Source: a virus
Taxonomy: Duplodnaviria > Caudoviricetes
Strand: one strand, 5' to 3'
Virus record (IMG/VR): IMGVR_UViG_3300039441_000119
Coordinates: 1 to 36,533 of that record
DNA length: 36,533 nucleotides
A program made the translations under genes and the position numbers. Below are positions 16,401-23,624 of the stretch, piece by piece. Positions within the stretch are counted from its first letter, which is position 1; every line of letters starts with the position of its first letter. The notes beneath the pieces were generated by a model. That model had not been told where the DNA came from. It saw nothing but the letters and a program-made list of their open reading frames with translations, and searched no databases.

Positions 16401-17979
16401 AGAGTGTGTCCTCAGCCGGTGACTTCAGAGTCATCGTCGACTTCGTTCCGCCCTGCGTATCGGTGATGATGCTGGCACCATTCGTCCCGGCGGTGAACGA
16501 GGCGCCATATCTAGGGTCGGCGAGCAGTGCGGCGTTGATACGGTCTCGAACGTCGGTGTCTGCTACGGCCGTGATAGACGAACCCGTTCCGACGTCGACG
16601 ATGAGCAGCCCGAGACCGTCGACCTCAATGCCTACCCGGTCATGGTAATCATTCGACGCTACGCTAGCCCTCGGATTGAGGTTGTACGTTCCTGACTCAG
16701 GTACGGTGCCGATAGCCCAGGCGTGGCGCGACTCGTCGTGCAGAGTCGTGTCAGTTCCAAGGTCAAACGGCGTTACGACTGAAGACTGTACCGACGTGTT
16801 CGGTCCGCCACCCCAGGACAGTGAGGCGACCGCGTCGGTGCCGTCTGCGCTCAACGGAGCAGTGGTGAGACCGTGATACCGAAGCGGAGTGAGGTCGAGC
16901 GTGTTGTTCGGTCGATTGTACGGTCCGACATCGTCGAGTCTAACGAACCTGCTCTGTGCGATACCGATGAGCACGTTCGGCCCCGCGCCGGAGAGCACTG
17001 CCGAGATGATGGACTCGTAGGACAGCTGGGTCTGATAGGTTGCGATGGCGCCGGTGATAGACGGGTCTGGAACGGTCTCCGAGACTGTAGCGCCGGACTC
17101 GTCGAGACCAACTAGCAGGACGGACTGGTTCGTCGCTCCGAACGTCACCGTCAGCGGCTGTGCGTAAGGTGGCGCTCTAAAGGCGGATGTAGGCGGCGAT
17201 ACGGCTCCGACGGATGGATGTACCCAGAATCGAGACTGCCGATTCAGGTCTGGGAGTTCGGGCGTCGGGCTACCAGCAATCGCTCCCGCGGGGCCGAGCT
17301 CGGCCGTGCTCAGTCTTGAGCGCTCCTGGAACTTTCCGTTGTCGATGAGCTGCGTGCCGAGAATCCAGTGCGGCCTCCACGCCTGAGGAATGATAATTGG
17401 AGAGACCGAGGTGAACGACGAGACGGCCTGCTGTACCCCGAACGGGTGTGCGCCGAAATGCCGGTATGCCTGTCGCAGCTGACGAAGCATATTGCGGTAA
17501 TCCTCAACGAGGAAGGTCGTCGGTCGAGGTTGGCGCACCGCAGCGCCGAATGCAGTCTCAATGTACGAAGCTGGTGCGTTTTCGAGCGTTCGTCCGTTGT
17601 TCGCGTCGTCGATTTCAGCGTCGAGCTGCTCGAGAACGTCGGCATACGCGGCGAACCAGGTCGCGATGTTCTTGATGGTAACGTAGAAGTGATACTCTCG
17701 CCCGTCGGTTTGGTCGGTAATGGCGATATCGTACTCGCCCGGGTCGAGTGGCAGTCGAGTGACCTTGTCTCGCCCGGCGACGATGGCGACACCACTGCCG
17801 TCAGTCGTGACCGGAGGATAGGGAACGCCGTTGAATGAGACGTCGAACGAGCGATTGGGCTTATCGGTCGAAAACCGAAACTGGTGTGGGGCGTCGAGGT
17901 ATGGAAGGACCTCGCCCAGCGACTGGTAGAACTGCCCGGTAGGCAGCGCTGCAAGTAGGTCTTGGTATCGATTGACCAT
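13444..17979 (-). CDS. large baseplate wedge / fibre-anchoring structural protein (1511 aa)
   Basis: LENAPASYIETAFGAAV ... EDYRNMLRQL ... GVQQAVSSFT resembles the P2 gpI / T4 gp7-type wedge segment; long beta-rich remainder; located between J-like gene and fibre. Confidence 0.65.
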   Translation of the reverse strand: MVNRYQDLLAALPTGQFYQSLGEVLPYLDAPHQFRFSTDKPNRSFDVSFNGVPYPPVTTDGSGVAIVAGRDKVTRLPLDPGEYDIAITDQTDGREYHFYVTIKNIATWFAAYADVLEQLDAEIDDANNGRTLENAPASYIETAFGAAVRQPRPTTFLVEDYRNMLRQLRQAYRHFGAHPFGVQQAVSSFTSVSPIIIPQAWRPHWILGTQLIDNGKFQERSRLSTAELGPAGAIAGSPTPELPDLNRQSRFWVHPSVGAVSPPTSAFRAPPYAQPLTVTFGATNQSVLLVGLDESGATVSETVPDPSITGAIATYQTQLSYESIISAVLSGAGPNVLIGIAQSRFVRLDDVGPYNRPNNTLDLTPLRYHGLTTAPLSADGTDAVASLSWGGGPNTSVQSSVVTPFDLGTDTTLHDESRHAWAIGTVPESGTYNLNPRASVASNDYHDRVGIEVDGLGLLIVDVGTGSSITAVADTDVRDRINAALLADPRYGASFTAGTNGASIITDTQGGTKSTMTLKSPAEDTLSRVKFHPIPCDAGPEIFGLPFTTTRLAFDVSPGSRTLFVKTGHGALFPQVASTDPNDRRRFKIRVRCLRVPSTSGDIYTVSYPLNVPLPLVFDNLVAVVAVHIPGYTFTASDVGGYVRWTDSDSHNVGLHQIIGLAGPVSAASPYGGTAGDAYILHENSVGGARFTYPLVAHAGSGAVYHPGETLTVIDNGVLSGPDSLTTDSALPAPFAWPAEAIVELVDDAPYEARGTSGLGTVDVVVDAQFRPFHDFGDSISFVNGIDATGGMRLTSARADFLSVINGTTTIEVSSAENLENDGTFVVTAHDGVSGLYVDFTNLDGIQEGVSPAPPSTFEWELLPAPSVVEDDLLIYGSDMPDGWLITSASTAVVCTNVDDIADSTTPGLLVPSRVVLTGPSVQFQRDVPRAWNDYKGFPLSLSIWLQEHTTNNTEYLIEVSFDGGSVFHTVIDTTVPITILQSVDSSTGFVGPQFPSSLEGSFFVPYDAVSCIIRLTRSPSDATVGTMSIEQMSLRSTTGTGLAVGDNTVPRSQKRAKFGELLYVWSAEPLTSEEGRYLGLPQASDILPNADNSIGVSTAKTPGHIDYITNSHGYYDRFDVSELDDSGSSLVRFNLRGTYDSTDWLALQTADTLTNVEVVIGTPSRMSYVRPTRISAVTSEPLAMLDGGDGPGTARANLANTSDHDGNLSGPLYPQAPNTGRGTGARLYEAKPVDVVLTNSDGLVTVIPAGTPIPVTDTIDDNSIQPWEFTSISQIRINAPYFDPASTYSLDYDVLIRATGRTFQLQGTGMVKEDYVWLLDSPAYRRHEVIERFVPRIEQAQFIADFTAPLSERADMTSPATLTRNNGLIQETVNFADWSFVDSKTIKITPTVFDNNSIYTISYTAKVPHVQAVPNLLLEWRAAENESDLLSDVVPWTQIDPTELAQGKTVSPFFIIGSDVSLNHVLPWHQMRVSAYGVIDVRDFRLYGMGIKGLHLFGASPHAPGILTPT

Positions 17980-18001
17980 CTAGTTCGTCAGCTCCGCAGC
18001 G

Positions 18002-20044
18002 CTAGTTTCTTAGGATACCGTCCGACAACACTTGTACACTGGTCGGCCCGACAACTCCGACCGTTCGATAGTTGACCGGGTCGACATAGAGATATTGATT
18101 GCCGACATCGAACGTACTACCCACATTTGTTACGTGTATCGTCACGAGTCCGGCGTTCCGGTGCGGAGGCGTGAGGCAGTCTGCACGATTCTTGCTCTTG
18201 TTGAGAAGGACGGTGACCGGCTGGTCGTCGAATAGGATAACTGGGTTTCGGGTATACTCTCGAACCGAGACCGACAGGCTGGATTGGACGGTAGGGTCGT
18301 TCGCCGCAAGCATCTCGACGGAGGCTGGCACGTTCGTCCAGAGAGTGTCGAGGAAGAGCTGGTGATTCATGAAGCAGAGCACTCGGTTGTCGACTCTGAG
18401 TAATCGGAGCGACACGTCTTGAGGCCTACGGATAGGCAGGGAAACGCTCGTGGAGATGGAGCCGTTCTCTTGTCCAAGGAACACGAGCGATGCCGAATCT
18501 CTTGACAGGACGACCGAGAGTCTGAAGAACGTCGAGCCGGAAGCGTAGAGGCCCACGCCGAATTCGACGAGGCTACTGCCATTCCTTAGAACGGTCGCTA
18601 GGCTACAGCCTGCCTCGAAGTCAGTACGGCTGGAACGGTCGACCGACCGAACTATCGCACTCGAGTTCGACGACAGCCCAGTCCTGAGATGGAGCTGCCC
18701 ACGAGCCTCTCCCGTATTCGGGCTCGGCGGCGTAGCGGTTACTCGACCGGAGCCGGTCGTGACGATATTCCACAACGTCGGGTCAACGATTCCAGTCTCG
18801 AAGTGGTCCTCTAGCTCGGCCATATCGAGCTCGGGTGCGATGATGAAGACCTGCTGCCCTCCAGTCGTCGGGCCCTCCATGTTGGCGCTCGTACCGACGA
18901 GATGTCCGGTATCGAGCTCGACGAGTGCTAGGCCGAAAGCCGCTCCGGACGCGAGTCCAACGGCGTCGATGTCACGAGACGTCTCAAAGGACGCATGACC
19001 GAACGCCTCTCGGCTGGCGATGCCGATGGGCTCTACCATCAATACAAATTCGTCAGCGCCGAATGCTACTCGTGAGGGAATGCCGACGGCGACGACCGGA
19101 CCGGCGATATCTGGCGTTCCGAACGCCTCCCTCGACGGGATGCTGATAGCCGTTACTGGACCGGCAATGATGTCCTGTCCGAATGCGGTACGAGATGGAA
19201 TGCCATGTGCAACGACGGTGCTGGCAGTAGAGATGCTCGACGTTCCGAACGCTGCTCTAGATGCTACGCCGTTGAGACGGACATCGAGATTGAGACGGTC
19301 TGTGCCGAACGCGGCTCTAGAGACGATACCGGTCGTCCGAACATCGAGATTTAGACGGTCCGCTCCAAACGCAGCTCTAGAGGCGATACCGGTCAGCCGA
19401 ACGTCTTCGGTCAGCTCCGCGGTGCCGAACGACGCTCTCGACGTTAGGCCAGTGAAGAGGACATCGAGATTGAACCGGTCAGTGCCGAATGCAGTACGAG
19501 ACGCAATGCCGACCATGTCGACGGCCCGACCAAGACTCGGCGTGCCGAACGCGGCACGCGACGCGATACCGGTTAGAAGAACGTCACGATTGAGTCGTGC
19601 GGTGCCGAATGCTGTACGAGAACTCAGACCGGTTAGAAGAACGCCTCGACTGAGCTTCGCGATGCCGAACGCAGTGCGAGACGCGATACCGGTTAGAAGA
19701 ACGTCTCGGTTGAACTTGTCGGTGCCGAATGCGGTCCGAGATGCGATGCCTGTTGGCAGTACGTCACGAGTAAGCTCAGCCGTCCCAAATGCCGCACGCG
19801 ACGCTATGCCGGTCAGCAGTACGTCCCGGTTGAGTTGGTCGGTGCCGAACGCCGCACGCGAGGATATGCCGGTAAACGTTACCGTCTGCGGCGAACGTCC
19901 GGGACCAGGAAACGGAGCTTCGACCGACGAGTGCTGATTCCACGAGCTGGCATCAGGCTGGTCCGGACTGAACTTACGTCCGTAGTACCAGTTGCTCCAG
20001 CCGGATTGATTCGATACGCCGAACGGCGAGGTGCTACTAGCCAT
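18002..20044 (-). CDS. virion fibre/decoration protein with 20-aa tandem repeats and C-terminal IPT/TIG plus lectin-like domains
   Basis: ATG at 20044 with GAGGTGG RBS; repeats GIASRxAFG; GPTTGGQQVFI ... CLTPPHRNAGLVTIHVTN ... YLYV is IPT-like. Confidence 0.7.
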   Translation of the reverse strand: MASSTSPFGVSNQSGWSNWYYGRKFSPDQPDASSWNQHSSVEAPFPGPGRSPQTVTFTGISSRAAFGTDQLNRDVLLTGIASRAAFGTAELTRDVLPTGIASRTAFGTDKFNRDVLLTGIASRTAFGIAKLSRGVLLTGLSSRTAFGTARLNRDVLLTGIASRAAFGTPSLGRAVDMVGIASRTAFGTDRFNLDVLFTGLTSRASFGTAELTEDVRLTGIASRAAFGADRLNLDVRTTGIVSRAAFGTDRLNLDVRLNGVASRAAFGTSSISTASTVVAHGIPSRTAFGQDIIAGPVTAISIPSREAFGTPDIAGPVVAVGIPSRVAFGADEFVLMVEPIGIASREAFGHASFETSRDIDAVGLASGAAFGLALVELDTGHLVGTSANMEGPTTGGQQVFIIAPELDMAELEDHFETGIVDPTLWNIVTTGSGRVTATPPSPNTGEARGQLHLRTGLSSNSSAIVRSVDRSSRTDFEAGCSLATVLRNGSSLVEFGVGLYASGSTFFRLSVVLSRDSASLVFLGQENGSISTSVSLPIRRPQDVSLRLLRVDNRVLCFMNHQLFLDTLWTNVPASVEMLAANDPTVQSSLSVSVREYTRNPVILFDDQPVTVLLNKSKNRADCLTPPHRNAGLVTIHVTNVGSTFDVGNQYLYVDPVNYRTVGVVGPTSVQVLSDGILRN
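18932..19873 (-). repeat. 16 in-frame tandem repeats, 60-bp / 20-aa period (two units of 22 aa)
   Basis: Consensus TGIASRAAFGTxxLNRDVLL; register visible in stacked 60-nt rows 19261-19861; divergence concentrated at third codon positions. Confidence 0.95.
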
Positions 20045-20837
20045 AGACCACCTCAACTCGTCCGGTCAGATCGGAGATGTCCCGTCCGTTGTAGAAGTAC
20101 ATTCCCAAACTAGCACCGTCGAATAGTCTCGGGAACGCGGACATTCTTAGGACAAATTCCTGATAGTTTGTAGTTCCGAAGACGAACGGCATGAGTAGCA
20201 GTGGCTTGAGCAGGACAACATTGACGGTGCCCTGCGACGTTCCGGTTACCGCCAAATTCTGCACCGATATGACGCCGGTATCTCCAGCCTGCAGCGGTAT
20301 CTGAAATATCTGGTTCAAGAAGTGATTGTTTCCGGATGCGAATGCTGGACCTGCTCTAGACGCACCGATGGGGCTGGTGTACGAAGAGAGTGCAAACGTG
20401 TCGCCGTTGGCGATTGCTCCGGTCACTTCCAACCAAACTTCGACTCCTACTCCACTCGTGTATCGTGGCAGTGCCGTCGAATTGACGGTCACCGTTCCGA
20501 CGGTAGCCGAGACCGATACGCCGACGAGACGGTCGTAGAGCATTAGCGTTCCGCGTGTGTTGGTGGAATCGCCATTGCAGACCTCGAACGAGCTGATGTA
20601 CTTGTTGAAGCTCGACCGGTCTGGGAAGTTGATACTGCCGGCCGCCGAGGTGTATGAAGTCCCCGGTGTCGTCGCCGGCTCCGCGCCCGCCGCCGGCATG
20701 CCAGCGGCGACCCACATTCTCCACCAGGAGTTGACTGCGGTGCCTCCTCCTGGGTTCATCTTTTGAAACTCTGAATGGAGAGTCTGACCTGCCGATATCG
20801 CCGCAGTGATATCCGGGTATTTGGTGAATCCGGCCAT
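20037..20837 (-). CDS. putative virion structural protein, family B paralog 3
   Basis: MAGF ... LYDRLVGV ... ALPRYTSGVGVEVWLEVT ... PLQAGDTGVISV ... VVLLKPL ... FPRLFDGASL shared with the two upstream genes. Confidence 0.7.
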   Translation of the reverse strand: MAGFTKYPDITAAISAGQTLHSEFQKMNPGGGTAVNSWWRMWVAAGMPAAGAEPATTPGTSYTSAAGSINFPDRSSFNKYISSFEVCNGDSTNTRGTLMLYDRLVGVSVSATVGTVTVNSTALPRYTSGVGVEVWLEVTGAIANGDTFALSSYTSPIGASRAGPAFASGNNHFLNQIFQIPLQAGDTGVISVQNLAVTGTSQGTVNVVLLKPLLLMPFVFGTTNYQEFVLRMSAFPRLFDGASLGMYFYNGRDISDLTGRVEVVYG

Positions 20838-20856
20838 GTGGTTCGCTCACAAGTCG

Positions 20857-21693
20857 TTAACCGTAGATGACTTGCATCCCCCCGCAGATGTCGAAGATGG
20901 CGCTCGTCGGCCCGCCGATGAAGTAGAATGATAGACTGGCGCCGTCAAACAGACGGGGGAATGCGGCCCGCTGATAGATGCCATCCATTTCAACTGCGTT
21001 TGTTCGAACGTTGTTGTTGCTACTACTCTTCGAAAGTCCTATGAGGTCGACGGGCTTCACGAGCATCACGTTCACAACTCCGGCGGACGCTGCTACGGAC
21101 ACGTTCAACTGCTCGACCGAACGGATGCCTGACTGTCCTGGGCCGTAGGGCAGCTGCACCACGACAGACGCCGGGACCGCAGCTAGAACAAACGACGGAC
21201 CGGCAAGACCCGAGACTCCTGCGTCATTCGTGTATGACGAAACACTTAGAGTGACTGAACCGGTCGTGGTAGTCGTTACTTCAAGCCAGAGCTCTACGCC
21301 AGTACCGCTCGTGTATCGGCTCAGCGCACTCGAGTTGATGGTCTTCGTTCCTGTAGACGCCAGAGAAATGCCGCCAACTCCCACAAGTCGATCCATGACG
21401 GCGAGCGTTACGTCCGAACCGGCAGAGGCGAACGTGGCCTCAAGGCTCATGAGATATTTCGAGAACGAGGCTCGGTCCGCAAATGCGATGGAGCTAGAGT
21501 CGCTCGTGTAGACCGTTCCGGGAGTCGTAGCCGGCTCGGCACCTGCACCGGGAAAGCCGGAACCGTCCCAGGACCGACGCCAGTTCGTTAGACCGACGGC
21601 GCCGGAGCTAATCTGCTTCAGGAATTGAGTGTTGAACTGCTTCCCAGAAGAGATAGCGGACTTGACGGCCGCAGTATTTGCGAATCCTGCCAC
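20857..21693 (-). CDS. putative virion structural protein, family B paralog 2
   Basis: GTG start, GAGAGGA RBS; MDRLVGV ... ALSRYTSGTGVELWLEVT ... FPRLFDGASL. Confidence 0.7.
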   Translation of the reverse strand: MAGFANTAAVKSAISSGKQFNTQFLKQISSGAVGLTNWRRSWDGSGFPGAGAEPATTPGTVYTSDSSSIAFADRASFSKYLMSLEATFASAGSDVTLAVMDRLVGVGGISLASTGTKTINSSALSRYTSGTGVELWLEVTTTTTGSVTLSVSSYTNDAGVSGLAGPSFVLAAVPASVVVQLPYGPGQSGIRSVEQLNVSVAASAGVVNVMLVKPVDLIGLSKSSSNNNVRTNAVEMDGIYQRAAFPRLFDGASLSFYFIGGPTSAIFDICGGMQVIYG

Positions 21694-21728
21694 ACGCAGT
21701 CCTCTCTCGCTTCGGCTCTGCGCTAAAC

Positions 21729-22790
21729 CTACGCGTAGCCCAAACGAATCTTGGATTTGAAGTTGGGCGCAGTCGTTCCAGAGGCGAGGAAGGAGATCAT
21801 CAGCGACGCGCCATCATTAACGACTGGAAGCGAGGAGAGCTGAAGAACGAAGTCGCGCTCGTTCCACATGTTTGCACTGAGCGTCAGCTTCGCCAGTGGC
21901 TTAAGGAGTGCGAGATTGACGACCGCACCAGTTCCGGCCGCCGTTACGTGTAGCGCAGAGACCGAACGAACGCCGAGGTCTCCGGCAACCAATGGCAGCT
22001 GATACATCGAGTTGGCGACCGGAGTAGCGTTGAACGTCACGGATGCGCCGGTGGAGCTCGTAGTGTTTCCGTCGTTCACGTACGTCTTGAGGTTCATCTG
22101 CGGCGTGCCGGTGCCGCCAGTGGTAACCTCGAGCCACGGTTCCACACCTACCCCTGTCGTGTATCGGGCGAGAGCGGCGGTGGTGATACTGATGTCTCCC
22201 GTCGCGTTTATGGAGATGGCCCCGAGGTCGGAGATGCGGTCGTGGAGAACGACGACACAGTCCTGCGTCGAAACGCACCCCCAAGTCAGAATCATCTTCT
22301 GCGCAGGGCTCTGGTCGGCCCATCGCATCGCCATCGGTGAGGATAGTCTCTTCGTGCCGTTGACCGTCCCACCCGATGTGTATGCCCCGTTGCCGGCAAC
22401 AGCATTTGTCAGCGCGAAGTCTGTATACAGACCGAACGTCGTCGCGCTACCGATGCCGGACTTACGGATGTAGAAATCACCATTCGCCGCGGTATTCCCG
22501 ACGACTCCAGTGATGTTCACCGATTGACCGTCGTTGAGGTTGTGTGTGCCTGTGGTAACGACGATGGGCGTCGCGTTCGTAGCAGCCGAGAGAGTCAGGT
22601 TTGCGGGTGGCTCGGAGAGAACGTTGCTCGAGGAGTCCTTGACGCCCGGAAATCCGTCCGAGCTCCATAGCCTCGTCCACACTCCCGCCGCCTTTGGCGC
22701 CGGACCATACTTGCACAGGTCCCATTCGAGGGACTTCCCATTCGTCGTGACCTGATTTATGAGGTCGTCGTAGCTTGCGTAGCCTGCCAT
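21729..22790 (-). CDS. putative virion structural protein, family B paralog 1, with inserted beta module
   Basis: LHDRI ... ALARYTTGVGVEPWLEVT ... PLVAGDLGVRSV; insert TNATPIVVTTGTHNLNDGQSVNITGVVGNTAANG ... YTSGGTV. Confidence 0.7.
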   Translation of the reverse strand: MAGYASYDDLINQVTTNGKSLEWDLCKYGPAPKAAGVWTRLWSSDGFPGVKDSSSNVLSEPPANLTLSAATNATPIVVTTGTHNLNDGQSVNITGVVGNTAANGDFYIRKSGIGSATTFGLYTDFALTNAVAGNGAYTSGGTVNGTKRLSSPMAMRWADQSPAQKMILTWGCVSTQDCVVVLHDRISDLGAISINATGDISITTAALARYTTGVGVEPWLEVTTGGTGTPQMNLKTYVNDGNTTSSTGASVTFNATPVANSMYQLPLVAGDLGVRSVSALHVTAAGTGAVVNLALLKPLAKLTLSANMWNERDFVLQLSSLPVVNDGASLMISFLASGTTAPNFKSKIRLGYA

Positions 22791-22844
22791 GCAGTACCGT
22801 GCTCCTGTTGTGGCGGTGAAGAATGTCGCCGCAGCGGCTGCGAG

Positions 22845-23618
22845 CTAGATGCTGTAGATCTTGTTCGCCCCGGTATCCCAGACCAGCGTAACATCACCAC
22901 CGTTGAGCGTGAGCGGCAGACCGGTCGCCGTATCGATGTACGCGATGAGAGGGCTTGTGATGTCTAGACCCGTGTCCTTGTATAGAGCGATCGCCTCAAC
23001 GGTGACCCCAGCAGGGCCGGCCAGGGAGAAGACTACGTTCGCCGCCTGGGCAATACCGCCGACGAACGTTCCACCGCTTCCGGTGGAGTCGAGCTTGCTC
23101 GAGAGGTTCGAGCTGGTCAGCAGGCGAGCGGCCGAAGCGACGGCCGAGAGATACTCGTCGGTGTGCAGATTGACCGTATAGACCGTCGCCGGGTCCGCTC
23201 CACCAGTCGACGTTACGTTGAGCGCTACGACCTTGATGTCGTCGCCATATGCAGTGCTCGCGCCATTTCCCCATCGGACGAAATGACCGTTGTGCTTCCT
23301 CGTGGCGTCGGGAAGCATGACGTCACCACCAGAGGTGTACGTTCCGCCGAACGTCGAGCCCTGCAGCGTGAAGTTCGTCGAGTTGAACGTCGTCGACGTG
23401 TTTGCCGGAGAGTTCAGGTCGGTGACCAAAAAGACTCCGGTTGCGCCGGTGACTCCGCCAACGTTTGCCACGGCAACCTGGTCGCCAGTTTGCAGATGGT
23501 GTGGCAGAGAGGTCGTGAGCTGAACCAGACCACCATTACTGACGGCGGCCGTGACGAAGAGACCCGGCGTCGGACTGACAGCCTTCTGTCGGTAGAGTTC
23601 GTAGAATGCGTTAGCCAT
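22845..23618 (-). CDS. putative virion fibre subunit, family A paralog 2, with inserted beta module
   Basis: MANAFY ... DDIKVVAL ... EAIALYKDTG..TSPLIAYIDTATGLPLTLNGGDVTLVWDTGANKI; insert LTTSLPHHLQTGDQVAVANVGG ... YTSGGDV. Confidence 0.75.
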   Translation of the reverse strand: MANAFYELYRQKAVSPTPGLFVTAAVSNGGLVQLTTSLPHHLQTGDQVAVANVGGVTGATGVFLVTDLNSPANTSTTFNSTNFTLQGSTFGGTYTSGGDVMLPDATRKHNGHFVRWGNGASTAYGDDIKVVALNVTSTGGADPATVYTVNLHTDEYLSAVASAARLLTSSNLSSKLDSTGSGGTFVGGIAQAANVVFSLAGPAGVTVEAIALYKDTGLDITSPLIAYIDTATGLPLTLNGGDVTLVWDTGANKIYSI

Positions 23619-23624
23619 ATTGCG

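Noticed and set aside
18932-19873. 60-bp periodic DNA repeat as a CRISPR array
   Set aside because: No invariant repeat plus unique spacer structure; units are in-frame coding repeats varying at wobble positions; no cas genes
19020-19937. 305-aa plus-strand ORF with VPNAARDA repeats
   Set aside because: Antisense shadow of the repeat gene; a stop-free unit repeated in tandem stays open automatically
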